64,000 bases of DNA from Chrysomallon squamiferum (GCA_012295275.1 CM022672.1:27466001-27530000); one strand, 5' to 3'. Positions 40,863-54,458 are shown, counted from the stretch's first letter. Numbers and translations are program-made. Notes: generated from the letters alone by a model not told the origin.

Positions 40863-41460
40863 ATGCTGGAGAAGCAGTATTCTGTCAAGTTCTTTTCGTC
40901 CTTCATTGAGGCCATACAAAAAGTATGTCGTGATTTTCTTGATTTTGAACAAGGTGTTGAACTCAGTGGCTATCTGGCTGTGGAAATAGATAACATAAAA
41001 AAGGAGAGATATGTTCTTAGTGAATTCATACAAAGCTCGGGTAATGTCATCAGTGAAAGTTTCTGCACAAAAGCATTCAAAACAGTTCCCAAAAGCTCAC
41101 TGACATCAGAACACCGTGTTTTAAAAGAGCACAATGCTAGTCCAAGCACAGACTTGATGGACAGTTATGGACAAGAACAGGCAGCAATAAATCGCAGAAC
41201 GTATCTTCCTGGAGGTTATTCTTCCAGTCAGAGACATTCCAGTTTTCAGAACACACGCTCCAGTCACTCATCACAGTCTCATTCTCAAATACAACCCAGA
41301 CAATCAACTTCATGGGGAACTTCAGCAGAAACATCTCAGCAAAACATATCGAACAGAAGTTCTTTTCATGGCTCTCCAATCCGTTCCAGTTTTGAATCTA
41401 ATGAGAGAGGATTTAAAAGAAATGCTACAGATTCAGAAGGTTCTCCATCCATAAAATTAG
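40863..41460 (+). CDS. Constant exon 1 of multi-isoform DNA-binding protein gene: unnamed ~75-aa N-terminal globular domain + Ser-rich linker
   Basis: Acceptor ttttcag at 40839, ATG 40863, ORF MLEKQYSVKFFSSFIEAIQKVCRDFLDFEQGVELSGYLAVEIDNIKKERYVLSEFI..., donor TTAG|gtaaaa at 41460 (phase 1). Confidence 0.85.
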
Positions 41461-41834
41461 GTAAAATTAATTTAGTTATTATACCAAAACAAAAGAAATT
41501 CTGTGCAACTCTTTTAATAATTTACTTGGGATTATGCCACTGAAATTTTATTATTATACATATTTAAAAGATTTATTAAAAAAATATTGACAAAAATTAA
41601 TTTAATGTTTTCTACCCAAAAGTTTATGTATATCATATAAATTTAAAAAAAAATATATCAAGTCACTATTACTAGGTTAAAATCTAGGTTAGGTTGAGCA
41701 TGTTTTTTTATTTTAAAGATAAAACATTTGACAAAGATAAGCATTGCAGAAGTAATATCTTTAATTTCAGATTGCCAGTCTGAGTCTTGTTTGTTTTTAA
41801 AAATGAAAACCTGTTAATACTGTTTCATTTACAG

Positions 41835-42202
41835 CACGATCTGGTTCAGCAGATCCTCCGTCAGGTAGCACATCAACAATAGCTTCAGAAACACACTCGA
41901 ACCCTGAATATTCACAAACAGCACAGTCTGGTGGTGAAGAGAGTGTTCATTTACCATTGGCAGCAAAAGTTAAAGAAGAGGAAGATGATGACGATGATAT
42001 CACTTTGATTGAAAACATTAGTGACTTTAATAAAGGTGATGGAGGCTCTGGTGGTTACACTGGTGACTCTGGTGGTTACGCTGGTGACTCTGGTGGTTAT
42101 ACTGGTGACTTTTCAGATATTTTGCAAAATGAGGGTGCCGGAACTTCACAAAATGTTTACATGCAGTTATCAACATCAGGAGAAAAAGTGGAACTTTTTA
42201 AG
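41835..42202 (+). CDS. Constant exon 2: acidic/Gly-rich linker (VKEE, DDDDDITLIE, 3x SGGY[T/A]GD), ends in phase-0 donor
   Basis: Acceptor tttacag at 41834, phase 1 matches the previous exon, open for 368 nt, donor AAG|gtattt at 42202. Constant part totals 322 aa. Confidence 0.85.
42046..42110 (+). repeat. 21-bp coding tandem repeat x3 (ctctggtggtta[c/t][a/g]ctggtga)
   Basis: Seen directly; encodes SGGYTGD/SGGYAGD/SGGYTGD. Confidence 0.9.
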
Positions 42203-45200
42203 GTATTTATTATGTTTTCATTATTTTTTTGTCCTCTTGTTTTATACATTCTAAGAAATAAATCTTTCTGGATGATAAACGCTACATTTTCAGATTTTCT
42301 TCAGCAGTTATTTCATTGTGTTTTTTTTTTTTCACTTATATAGTAAATAATAAAATTACATAATCCGATTGATTATTCCTTTGAAATGTTTCCATAACAT
42401 GAAATTATTTTCTGCAAGAATGTTTTTCTGACAATGAAAATAACTTAAAATATTTTTTTATTTTTAGACATATATGATTTATGTCGGTAAAAAATCGGCT
42501 TATTATTTCAGTATACTTGTGACAGACTTGTATTTGAACATATATATATATATATAAAAACCAAGCAAATAATAATAATAATAATATAAAAGCAGTATCC
42601 AGAAAGGTTTATTTTTTAAATATTTTAACACTGAATAAATTTTAGTATTTGTTTTGTTTTTGTTGTTCTTTTGCTCAATTTTTTAATCTTAGACAAAAAT
42701 AAGGAAAAAACTTCCCACTTTGAGAAGCTTTTCCGGAATATAATTTTTTTCAGGAGAATTGCTGCATTGATTTAGTGGCTAAAAGTAAAAAATAAAAACT
42801 GAAAAACACTAGTCTCAACTGTAATGAAATAATAACTTTTTAAAACTTGCTTTAGTTATTAAAGGAAATCATGTTTTTCTAGAAGTTTGCGTTGATGAGC
42901 AAAGTATTTATTATTAGATGTGAAACATTTGCTGTGAAAGTACAGTTAGAAAAAGCAAAGTGTGCTGGAGCTAGAACAGCATTAAAATATTACTTTTATA
43001 TGCTTAAAAATTAAACTGTCAAGACCTTTGATATAGCAATTTGTAAAATATGTTTTGTAGTCATGATTTAGATTTTACCTTCACATAACAATTTATTATA
43101 TTTAGCACTTTGTTGAAAATGCAAGATACAATTGATTATGAAAAAAAAATAGCCTGTGAACTTACATTATTTTTACATGACACTGATATCCATTTCTTCC
43201 TTGTTTCAAATGTCATCTCTAGATTTTTATGCATTTGTTGAAGGAATTATAAAAAGTAAACCGTCAATGTGTACAGTTTGGTAATATTTATATGTAATAT
43301 TGTTTAATGATTCACAAAAGTTCTTAATCTCTTTGGACTTTGTCTTGTTTACAGTTTGATACTTTGCTTTAATAGCTAACATAATGAATATTCATGGTAC
43401 ATTTGTAAATGTTGGTGTGTGTAAATACATCATTAAAAACAAAAGAATCCCATTTTATGAAACAAGCAAGGCTTTTTCTTATCAGTGTGGTCCTTAAGTT
43501 TACATATATAACTGTTCTAAGTATAGAATTAACAAAACATTTCTTTTAGCCATGAGACCATTTTGTTTTTGTATTTGACGTTAATTAGGTAAATTATGTT
43601 AATTGATTAATACTGATGAAAAAGAAAAAAATATGCATGAAATAAAGTCAACAACAACAAAATAATATTTAAAATAAATGAAATGAATAATAATAAAAAA
43701 ATTAAATAGAATAATATTAAAAAAAAATAATTAATAGAATTAGTAAGTTAAATAAAAGCTTAAAAAAAAAAAAACAGTAAAAATAAATTCAAAACATTAG
43801 TAATAGTACATTATTTTAATAAAAAACAGTTGTTAAACGTTAGCTATTTTGGAGTTAATGCTCAAAATATTTTAGTTCATGAAAGGAAACCATATGTATA
43901 TTTGTATTTAATACAACTGATTTTATTAGGTTTTTTTTGTTATTTTGTGTGTGCAATAAATTCCATGAATGGCAACCCTGGACTATCAGACCCATTAACT
44001 GGGTACCATTAACCCACTAACTGGTTTTGATTTTGTTTTTGAAATTCAGTTCTTTACTTTGTTTCTTGCTGTACTTTGTAAACAAAGTAAATGATCAGAT
44101 TGATAAAAGATACAATTCAAATGAATTAGTATGTACATAAAAGAAAAGAAGACAGTATGTACATGATTATCTATTTTTGGATTTCCAAACTTGGCAGAAT
44201 GTAATCGGTCCATGCAGAATGTTAATTGCACTAGATGCACCATACAGAATAATAAATAAAATCCCAAACACAATTTCAAATGATAAACAAAAAAGTACTC
44301 AGTTTTCTAACTTAATGTCCAGTAATGTGTAAACATTAAGTTGCATTTAACAGCAGTTAGTTTGACACAATTTTTTATTTGTAGGCAGAATACAAACACA
44401 AGTTAACTACAAATGTTTTTTGAAGACTGCCTGTAATTAATATATTATGTAAAGATTCCCTATGCTATGTACAGACTAAGGACTGAGTCAGTCGTATTTT
44501 GTTCTACTTAATCAACAACCTATTGTTCAGTAATTACAAAAGGTAACAGCAAATTGACCATTCCAGTCTTTTGCGTTTCAGAAGGCTAATTTATATTAAA
44601 TCAGTAGTCAGGGACTTTGAAAAATAGAGGTTTTGAGTTACTGATGTTTGAAACATATCACCACTAAAATAAAGAATTTAACCAACTGTCTTTTAATTCC
44701 AAAAAGCAACAGAAGAATCCTTGACAATACTAAATTTGAAATTTTATTAATTAACCTTATTTTTTTCGGGGGGGTGGGGAAGAAATTGCCTAAGTTTCAG
44801 GACTCTAGTCATAGCAGTGCTCAGCACACAATATATAAAATAAATTAAAGGTAATTTAACATTTTTGTTTTGTTTGTGTTTGTTTTGTTTTTGTGTTTGT
44901 TTAAAGCATATTTGTTAAATTGATACTAATTTTTAATATTGTCAGAAGATGTACTTTGAATATGGTTTGTTTTGTAAGCTGTACTTTGGAATTGGTTCTT
45001 TGTTTCTATAGATTATAATGATTACTGCATTTTGGAATTAGTGTGTAGATTTCTTTCATGGAAATAGATATCGTCATTGCAGTTAACACGGAAATAAATG
45101 ATTTGCTTGTTTTTAAACTAATTATGAACATGTATTGTTATATTTTCATTAATAACATGTAATATAAATTCATGTACTTTAAAAACCAGTTCAAAGATTT

Positions 45201-46611
45201 TCTGTGGTTTTTTTTTTATTCGATCTAAATTTCTTAATGACATTGTCATTTGTGTTACTTCATCCAGTTGAGTGTACTCAAAGATGTTAGTGCTTGATAA
45301 GTCATAGTGTATGTTCCTAGTTTATAGTACATTCCATTTTACTGTTTAAATTGATCTTATCATTCAGGAGATGGAATTCTTTACTAACTATTGATAACAT
45401 TAAGAAAGTGTGTCATAAAATTGTTATGTTCTGGCTTTAACACTGTCTATTTTTAAAATAATTCATGTCATGGTCTAGAATGTGTTGATCAGTAAATAAA
45501 ATTTAATATAGATTTACATTTACAGGTTATGTTTTTATCATTATTAGTTTTAAATTGTTATATATAAAAACAGAATGTTGTGAGTAATGTTTGTTGAATG
45601 CATTCTGTCATGTGAGCATTATTCCACAAAATCATTGAACACAAATCACTAAAATTTCTTCCAGTGTATTTTTTAGCTATGTATTAGAAAAACCATGTTA
45701 ATGAAACAAATCTGTATCAAACTTTTAATTTATTTTTATTTGTTATTTATGTTCTATTCATAGTCTTTGTAAAAGAATTTACTGTAAAATATCATTAAAG
45801 GGTTTCAACAAAGTTGCTATATTTTGTCAGTTAAAAATAATTCTTATTTAATTTTATGAATGGGAATTCACTGAACAATGTAATGTGTAATATTTATTTA
45901 AAACATATGAAAATAAAATGTGGAGTTCACACAGAAACCAAGATAACCTTCTAGTAGCCAGGCATATAATGATTCAGATCATGCAGAAATTTACTTTATA
46001 ACTTAAAAAAATGAAAACTGAAAAAAGTGATTAAAACTCAGGAAATTATTATTTGACAGCATAATGGCTCAAAATCATTGACCACTCAGGAATAGAACAT
46101 TTTAAATACAGCTGCAAACTGCACACTGTCAAGAAACTGACAGAAACTTCCTCCTTTAATTAATCATATTCATAAGAGTGGTTTGGATGACAGCTTACAG
46201 ATGCCTGTTTTGATTACAGAGGCAGGTGATACATGTTATGTGCAGTGTACATACAAATGGTACATGCATGTTCTTTATTTATAGCAGTGCATTGATAGGA
46301 ATCTACATTAAACTACATTTTATGATACTTTCGGTTGTTAATATATTATTTGAATATAAATATGCATACTGGTTCAACTAAAACATTACACTACACTATA
46401 GGCCCCCCAGACACACACATGTATTTTGTGACTTTATCGTTAAGATTGTACATAAACTGGCCAGTGTTTGATAATTTTGTTTTTAAATAATGTTACAATA
46501 TTCATAAATGTAAAAATAAACAGCATTCAAAATAGTTTTTTATCAAGGATCTGTTCTGTTCATTAAAATTAATACTTCATGTTGTGGTATACAGGCTTTT
46601 CTAATAATGTT

Positions 46612-46648
<37 letters not shown>

Positions 46649-46841
46649 AGAAATGAAAGAAAAATGGATACAGCTGTGATAAAAAGTAAAACTACGAATA
46701 ACATCAGTTTATTATTACTAATTAAAAATGGGTATTTTTTTTCTGGATTCACTGGATGTTTATATAATGTACAAACTGAATGCTGAAATAATTTACAATT
46801 CAGTTTCTATATGGATTGTATATTTCTCTCCCTTTGTTTAG

Positions 46842-47063
46842 ACTCAACGAATGAAAACATACACTCAATCAGCCTTTAAAGAAGCTATGCACTCTGTCCT
46901 GCAAGAAGGAATGTCACTGAGAAAGGCAGCCAAACTGTACAATATTCCTCACCAGACTCTTTGGAATCACGTCAGTGGCAAACATAAGAAATACAGAGAT
47001 GAAATTCAAGCATTACAATTTTATGGAGCACCTAACCCTCTAGCGAGGGAGATGAAACCATGA
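46842..47063 (+). CDS. Alternative terminal exon 1: Pipsqueak-type HTH domain
   Basis: Pyrimidine tract + tttag at 46841, phase 0; TQRMKTYTQSAFKEAMHSVLQEGMSLRKAAKLYNIPHQTLWNHVSGKHKK...MKP*; fits the Psq consensus Y-x6-A-x3-V-x3-GMSLRKAA-x2-Y-x-IP-x2-TL. Confidence 0.85.
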   Translation, partial: TQRMKTYTQSAFKEAMHSVLQEGMSLRKAAKLYNIPHQTLWNHVSGKHKKYRDEIQALQFYGAPNPLAREMKP

Positions 47064-48859
47064 TGATTTAATTTTGAAGTGGAACTTCCAAATTTTTATT
47101 GAAACAGATTTATTATTATTAGCTATATAAATTTTTGTTTTGTTTTGTTTTGTTATCATAATATAAATCTCAGAGATAGCTAAATTTGTTCATAAAACAG
47201 TCCAATAGATGCTAGCAAAACTTGTCAATGAAGTATTGTCTGATTTCAAAGGTGTCAGAATAAAATGACAGCATTAAAACTTAAGGCATTTTTTATTATG
47301 TCCTCTTTACTTACCTTAATATATTAATTAATACTTTAAAAAAAAAACCTGTTGATCATGTTTTGACAGTCTTTTTATAAATCAATAGTGTTTTGGGGAG
47401 ATTCAGTTATTTTTAAAGATACTTTAACTTTACATCACATGAATAAATTGAAAGTAACTTTTTAAGTTGTTCATGTTACAATTATGTATCGCAACTGGAC
47501 ATATTGCATAAGCTGCAAACATACATAAACTGTTTACTATAATCTTCCATTTTGAGGATCAGGGCATTGACTGGAAATGTATTTGATTTTAAGTACTGTT
47601 TCTAGATGACCCTATTCAGTTACTTTTCAGTTGAGCCATGTGACTGGATAACTGAAGTATTACATTTGTTTTCCTCTATATATGATAAGACATGTGAAAA
47701 TATTTGAACAAGCCTTGAAACTAGATGAAAAGTGGCAGCACATTAAATATTCTCTGCTTGAAAATGGCTTGGGTATTTATGGGTGCCAGTCTTGAATGAG
47801 CCTAATCAAGTATGAACAGTTTTGTATCATATTGAAAAACCCAGCATTTACACTGAAGCTCATTAAATGCTCGCTTTTCTTAGATCTACAGAACATGTTG
47901 CCACATAAAATAAAAATATGTTGACTTGAGTAGCAAAAACTGTTGAGGTGACATTTAATCTTTTTCCTTCTTTGAATATTGTTACTTCTTTTTCATTTGT
48001 AGTACAACAGCAAATGGTGCACATTTCATATGAATTCATATAGAATTGGCCATTTTCTAAAAAAGAAAAAAAAACACCGACAATAATGTTCAGATACTGT
48101 TGTATGATTTAAACTAGAGTTAAATATACACACAAATACATTAACACAAAGTACTGATACCATAATTAAAAGCATTAAATAAAGGAAAGGAAAAATAAAT
48201 CTACTAACCGCTTTTCTCTGTAGTTTGTATTAGTGATAAAAAAACCAAAAAAAAAAAAAAAAAAAAAATTTTTTTATTTGGCATACATATGTTTTGTATG
48301 GATTATACAAAATGTAATATAAATATCTTTGTCATTTTACTGTGATAGGAGTTTCATGGATCAGGCCTCAGTGGAATATTTGAAATGTTTTCATTTTATC
48401 AAAGAATCTTGCTGATTAAGACTAATTTTATCTTTTAACTGTTGTGGCTTCCTATCATTTTTTCAGCATGATAAAAAATTTTGTCTTTAGTTTAATATTT
48501 TAATTAACATTCCCCTGACAAATTATATGTACTGTTTATAATGTTTACTGAACATTTTAAAGCAGGCATACATTGGTAATGGTTTATAGAATTATTCTCT
48601 TTTGTTTTTGAGGATTCCTTATTTTTTTTTATGATTCATTTGAACACAATGCAGTGTTGTCATTTTTAAAAAAACTAAAAATAATGACCCTTATATTTAC
48701 ATATACTTCACATATTATATTGTAATACTGCATTAATAAATAACAGGTGTTACTGACTGATATTATGAAGTGTTAACACCAGATAGGATTCAGACTTTTT
48801 TTTTAAATAAAAGATTTATTAAACGGTATCTCTGAAATAATGTTTCTCTCTCTACCTAG

Positions 48860-49090
48860 GCTCATCCAAAGAAAGCCTATACCCAATCAGCATTTAATGA
48901 GGCCCTGCGCTCTGTCACCGAATGTGGTATTTCCATCCGAAAGGCGGGCAGAATGTACAATATCCCTCACCAGACTCTTCATGATCATATCCGTGGAAAG
49001 CGTAAGAAACAAAGAGAAGAAGTCCCTCTCTCGATGGTTCCTGAGCAGCGTTGCTCATATGAAAGTAAAGATGTCCATGTTGCTGAATAA
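48860..49090 (+). CDS. Alternative terminal exon 2: Pipsqueak-type HTH domain
   Basis: tttctctctctacctag acceptor at 48859, phase 0; AHPKKAYTQSAFNEALRSVTECGISIRKAGRMYNIPHQTLHDHIRGKRKK...HVAE*. The ORF track shows a different, spurious frame here. Confidence 0.85.
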   Translation, partial: AHPKKAYTQSAFNEALRSVTECGISIRKAGRMYNIPHQTLHDHIRGKRKKQREEVPLSMVPEQRCSYESKDVHVAE

Positions 49091-51917
49091 TCTGAACATC
49101 TGTCATGAATTATACAGACTGATGATAATTGTTTTTTCTAAAACTAAAAAAAAAAAAAAAAATGGCCTAGTTGATGGTTCATGCAGCTTCATGATAATTG
49201 ATAGTTAACTAATTTCCCTGTCTAGATATTTTAATCATGTCAATCATTTTCTTGGTATTCAGACAAGAAATCCTAAAGGTGATGATAATGAAATCTGTTT
49301 CTTGGCTAGATTATGTTCTAGAAAATGTAATGGAAAAGTGGTCAGTCATTTGGGTAAATATGGAAAAGATAAATTCTAGTAATTTATTTTTCTTTTAATA
49401 CTAATAAGATTAACTGTTGGATATAACATTGCAGTCTCTTTATAGATTAATATAAACCTTTGAACTGAAGCCAATTTATTAAAATTATATTTCTTTCATT
49501 TATTTTATTCGATTTTATTTTATTTTCCATCATATTTTTCTGAGACCTGGGATCATTTCCAGGCATAAATTAGATACAGTTTTCAGTATACTGCAATATA
49601 TTGTAATTTGTTTGCTGAAGTGTCATTAAATAAATCATTTCAAAGCAGGCTTAGATATATTTCACACAAAATTATCAAAATATTATTAATACATATATTT
49701 TTTTAAATAAGTATCAAGTGAAACTTTTTAAAGCAAAAATTTCAACAATGTTTTTGAAAGAGTGTTGATGATGGTTGTTATGTTCTTTCTCTTTTTTTTC
49801 TTTTTCTTTTTTTTCTTTATTATTTTTTGTTTGTTTTGTTTTGTTGTTTTTGCATTCTGAGACTAACATGAAAATATATCTTTGTTTACTCCTTCAGTAT
49901 AATTTGTAATTTGTTGTTCAGTCTGATGCAGTTTGAAGGTTTATTTTTTCCTATGTATTGTTTTAAAATACCAGAATATATATATATTTGCCAAAACAAA
50001 TAATAATAGGAATCCTAGTGGTGGTTGTATTTCTTTGTTGTTGCTAGTTGTAAAATGTAAGCAAAATCACGGTATACATGAATATGATGACCAAGTTATT
50101 TTGTTATGTACTGTGAAATATTCATTGTAATGGTTGTTGAGTTGTTTTGAGTAAGAACTGCTGGGATCTTACGCAGTCAGCTGTATAATAGCCAACACTG
50201 CTGATGAAAATTACTAACATGTTGAAGCATATAACTCAGATTAGTTTAATGTTGCTCTCAAACACTGTTCAAAATCAAATTTAAAAAATGTTGTTTTAGA
50301 TTGTAGCCTAATTTATATACTGGTGAAATGTATTTGTACATAATTAAAGTGTTAAGTGTTTCTTTTATTATTGTTACTGTTTTATAACTTACTGTACAGA
50401 TTCTGATTTTATTTAATTTGATCTGTGTTATTTATTAATGACATTAACATTTTTGAGTACAGTCATACCTCAGTTCTTCCGAAGAATTAATGTAGATTGG
50501 GTTAATCCATTCCTGATCCCCCAAAATTAAAGTAATTTAATAAAAATATTGCTTATATACCTGCGTAATAATAGTGACATGCATAAAATCACAACAGAAA
50601 CTATAAACACAGTAAATAGATGAAATAAATGAAGATGTAACTGCACTTTACCTGTACTAATCAGAGTCTATAGCATGAGTGGAAGGTGGAGAGAAAAGTG
50701 GAGAGGGAGAAAGATGTTACTGTTTGGAATGGGAATTACCTTGCATAAAAGCATCAGGTAATTTTCCTTGTGGGGTTTTATCTTTTCTCTGCCTTTGCAC
50801 CACTACAAGCTGCTTGAGATTCACTGAACTTCATTTTCACTAAAGACCTGTCTAATGAGGTTTGTCACTACTGTTTAAAAATGTTCATGAAGTAAGAAAG
50901 ATGCTGCATTGTTTACTGAAAAAGTTTATGGTATGGTTTGTTACAACTTTGTCAGTTGTCACAAAACATTGCAACTCTCCCCATTTTCCAGACATTTCTT
51001 TAATTAGTGATTTAGAAACATACTCAAAATAACACATTTCTCTTTCTGTCTTTGACAGTTGATACCTTTATTTTTTTCAAACATGTTGGAGAAGGGAGTT
51101 ATGTGAGAACCTAAGTATCACTCTGCATTTTAAGTTTAAATAACATTTTTTTTTTAAAAACTTTAAAAAAAAAAAAAAATATTCGGTTTTATACAACTTC
51201 AGTTTTGGAGTAATTCCAAGATATTATTGTTTATTTTGTTAATTATTTTTCTAATTTTTGTTAACATTTGGATATTTAATGAACAAATAATGCACATGTA
51301 ACTGCACACACATTTTATCATATCATTAAAATTTTATTTATTTATTTTTTATTTTTATAACTTGCTCCTATAACAGTTCAGAATTATTTTGTGATAAGTA
51401 ATGTATAAAATCAGTTAATACATCCCTGTAGTTATTTGCTACAGTTGGCAATACTGTGGAAAATATTTGCCATTACTATTTAAAGAATATTGGTTTGTTT
51501 ATTTTTGAATTAAATGTGTGACTCGTCAGTTTAACATATAATCATAATAATGGTATGCATGATTTGTTGTATTTTCATTGTTGTGCATCACTAAAAAATA
51601 AAAAAATGTGTTTTTAATAAATTCAGTAATTTTACTTTGCTTTGTTTTTTATTATTTTATTATGACATACATTATGTTTACATTTTAATATGATAGTGAT
51701 TCAGTATTATACTGAGAGAGAAATGATGTCTTAATGTAATACCTAAAATAAGAAACAGAAGAAAGACTGAAAAAAAGAAAAAATACAAATAATTTGCCAA
51801 AATATTTACAGTGTGAAATTCTTTTAAGAATTATTTGCCCCATTTATGGCAGCCATTTTCTTAGCAAGTTTGTAGGTTAAGTGGATTTTTCTAAGACATG
51901 TTCATTTTTCTATATAG

Positions 51918-52112
51918 GCATGTGGGATCCAGCCAACACGAAAAAGGATGCAGTATTCACAGCTGGATCTCAGTGCTGCCCTCAAAGCAATAATGGATGA
52001 AGGGATGTCACTACGCAAGGCAGGAACAATCTATAACATACCTTTCCAAACTCTGCATTTTCATGTGAAACGAAATCGTGAATCCCAGGTTTTGAAAAAA
52101 ATGTTACAATAA
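51918..52112 (+). CDS. Alternative terminal exon 3: Pipsqueak-type HTH domain
   Basis: tttttctatatag acceptor at 51917, phase 0; ACGIQPTRKRMQYSQLDLSAALKAIMDEGMSLRKAGTIYNIPFQTLHFHVKRNRESQVLKKMLQ*. Confidence 0.85.
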   Translation, partial: ACGIQPTRKRMQYSQLDLSAALKAIMDEGMSLRKAGTIYNIPFQTLHFHVKRNRESQVLKKMLQ

Positions 52113-54254
52113 ATGGCAGTGAGAGTTGACAAAAGTATGATGCACTTTCTGTTGCTTTGAAAACTGTTTGCTGCTGGAATGGATTCATTAGTACCATAAA
52201 TGTATAGAGATGGTCTATACAAAAGAAGTTACTTTAATATTATGCTGCAGTTGCTTTGAAATTATCTAGCAGAAAGCATGTATTCAAACATAATAAAAAA
52301 TGGCAGGTGCTATTTGTAATTCAATAAATCTTGTATATAGTTTGTATTGTCCTAAAACATATATGCTTGAGTGAGTTTTGCAATACTGTGTGAATAATAA
52401 TAAAATAACAACTTTTCACAAAAGCAGTGGCTGTTGGTAATATATACCAGACATTGCATTTGTTCGTTTTGCTAGAATTGATTTATATTTTCAACAGTAT
52501 ATGATACTTGTATTAGATGTAGCAGATACATTAATTAATTAAATGATGGCAAGTACCAGATTAATAAATTAGAAATGGGGAACATTTAAAACCGCGGAAT
52601 AGCATTTCAATTTTAATATTATGGTATCTTGATAACATTTAAACTTAATAGATTATACTAGCTAATATTCAAATTTTATAAATGGACATGTATGTTTAAA
52701 TATTATTATTATTGATTTATTAATTTTTTTTATTTTTATTTTTTTGTAAATTCTACTCAGATATAAAGATTATATTTCATATAAGACTTTTTTTATTTTA
52801 ATTTACTTATTTATTAGGTTGTTCTCAAATCACACTTGTACATTTGTTTGAAAACCTATATTTTACTTAGCAAGGACATAGTTTTCTGTTTTTGTTCTTA
52901 ATGGAGTAACATGGACTACATGTTTAAATAATAATTAATCTGTTTTTGCAAAATGCATATTTGTACAGATTGCCGAGTTTTATGATCATGTATATAACTG
53001 AAAAATACTGAAAGATTTGATAAGACATTACTGGTAAAAATTGATTTGTATTAATTTACATTCAATTATTAACTAATAAAGATGTTTTGAAAACAAATTT
53101 CTTAATTGGCAGATATAAAAACGTACAGATTCTGCAAAGGTTATGCTTTAAAATATTTAACACTGAATAAAAGATTTCTTTTATTTATTTTGTTTTTCAT
53201 GATTATCCAAAAACTTTTCATTAGCTGATTATGCCAATTATGAATATTTTTGATATTATTTCAGAATCAAAATCTTTCAGAAGAATTTAAATGATCTTTT
53301 TATTTATATTTTGTAGTTTAGGTTGTTTTATTGTACCCAAAAAAGAATTTGCCTGTAACTGCAAATCAAGCAATAATATATGCTTACTATTATGACCATG
53401 AAGTAATAAAGATATCTTTAAGTTTATTTATATTTTCTGTTTATATGCACAAACACACACACAACTTGTTTTATTTTATTTTCTTCTGTTATTATTAATA
53501 GCCAATATAATTTTTAAGTATAACCAGATGCAGTATAAAATGCACTAAACTTAGAAAGATTACCTTAGCTCCAGTTGTTGTTAACTTTGGAATCAACAAT
53601 AGAAGTGTTGAGGCAAAGTTGCTAATATCAGCTGGTAAAAGTTAAATATTGTTTTCTGTTAAAAATACATACATAGGTTTCAACAGGTTGCTTGTTATTT
53701 ATTAAGAAGCAGCAGCAATGTTAAAGGATTTGTGAACTACCCTTAAATATTGCAATCTGTGATAATAAAATCAATGAATGCAAACAACAAATATTAAGTT
53801 GAACATGATGTAATCACTCCTGTCAATCTATTTTTCCTGTAAGGTCATTAAAGTAAAATGCTGTTACTATCATTCTGTTACAGACTTCATTAATAGGTCA
53901 AAGGCTTAAAATGATGTCACTAGATATATCCTTTAAAAAAGATTTCTTTCCAGACTTATTAATGATTACAAAAGTCATGGTCACAACACTTAAACTGTAA
54001 ATGTATGCGTGTATTTTGGCTTTTCAGTTGTTGCTCAAAGCCTCTGATGTCGTCAGACCAATTATTTAAAAATGAGGAAAGATTATTATATTTTTTTTAT
54101 TTTTTTTATTTTAATACATTTATGATAACTTAAGAGAATAATTGTTTTCTTGACTTTGTTTAGATGTTTTATGTGACCATAAACAACAACATTACAACAC
54201 ATTTTGTGATCTCTATTCACAAATCCTTAAGACTGTTCCTTTCTCTATACTTAG

Positions 54255-54458
54255 GCACAAGAATTTTACACACCTAGAAAACGGCTGCAGTACTCACAGA
54301 TGGACCTCAATGCAGCTCTGAAGTCAGTTGAAGAAAATGGAATGTCCCTTCGCAAAGCTGGTACCACCTACAATGTGCCATTTTCAACACTGCACTTCCA
54401 TATCAAACGTAACCGTAAAACTGATAAGGGAAAAATCAAACAGGTTGAAGACACTTGA
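54255..54458 (+). CDS. Alternative terminal exon 4: Pipsqueak-type HTH domain
   Basis: ttctctatacttag acceptor at 54254, phase 0; AQEFYTPRKRLQYSQMDLNAALKSVEENGMSLRKAGTTYNVPFSTLHFHIKRNRKTDKGKIKQVEDT*. Confidence 0.85.
   Translation, partial: AQEFYTPRKRLQYSQMDLNAALKSVEENGMSLRKAGTTYNVPFSTLHFHIKRNRKTDKGKIKQVEDT

Noticed and set aside
44385-44423. Possible extra phase-0 terminal exon (AEYKHKLTTNVF*) after tttgtag, and a similar short one near 56482
   Set aside because: Too short, no domain, expected by chance.
48840-49208. 122-aa ORF (MFLSLPRL...) and the 62-aa ORF at 54328-54516
   Set aside because: Shadow frames overlapping the real Psq exons, which are in another frame.
46842-54458. Psq-HTH segments as independent pogo/Tigger transposon fragments or as standalone genes
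   Set aside because: No second HTH or DDE domain, no TIRs seen and no frameshifts; all are on the same strand with a phase-0 acceptor directly before the domain and a stop shortly after.
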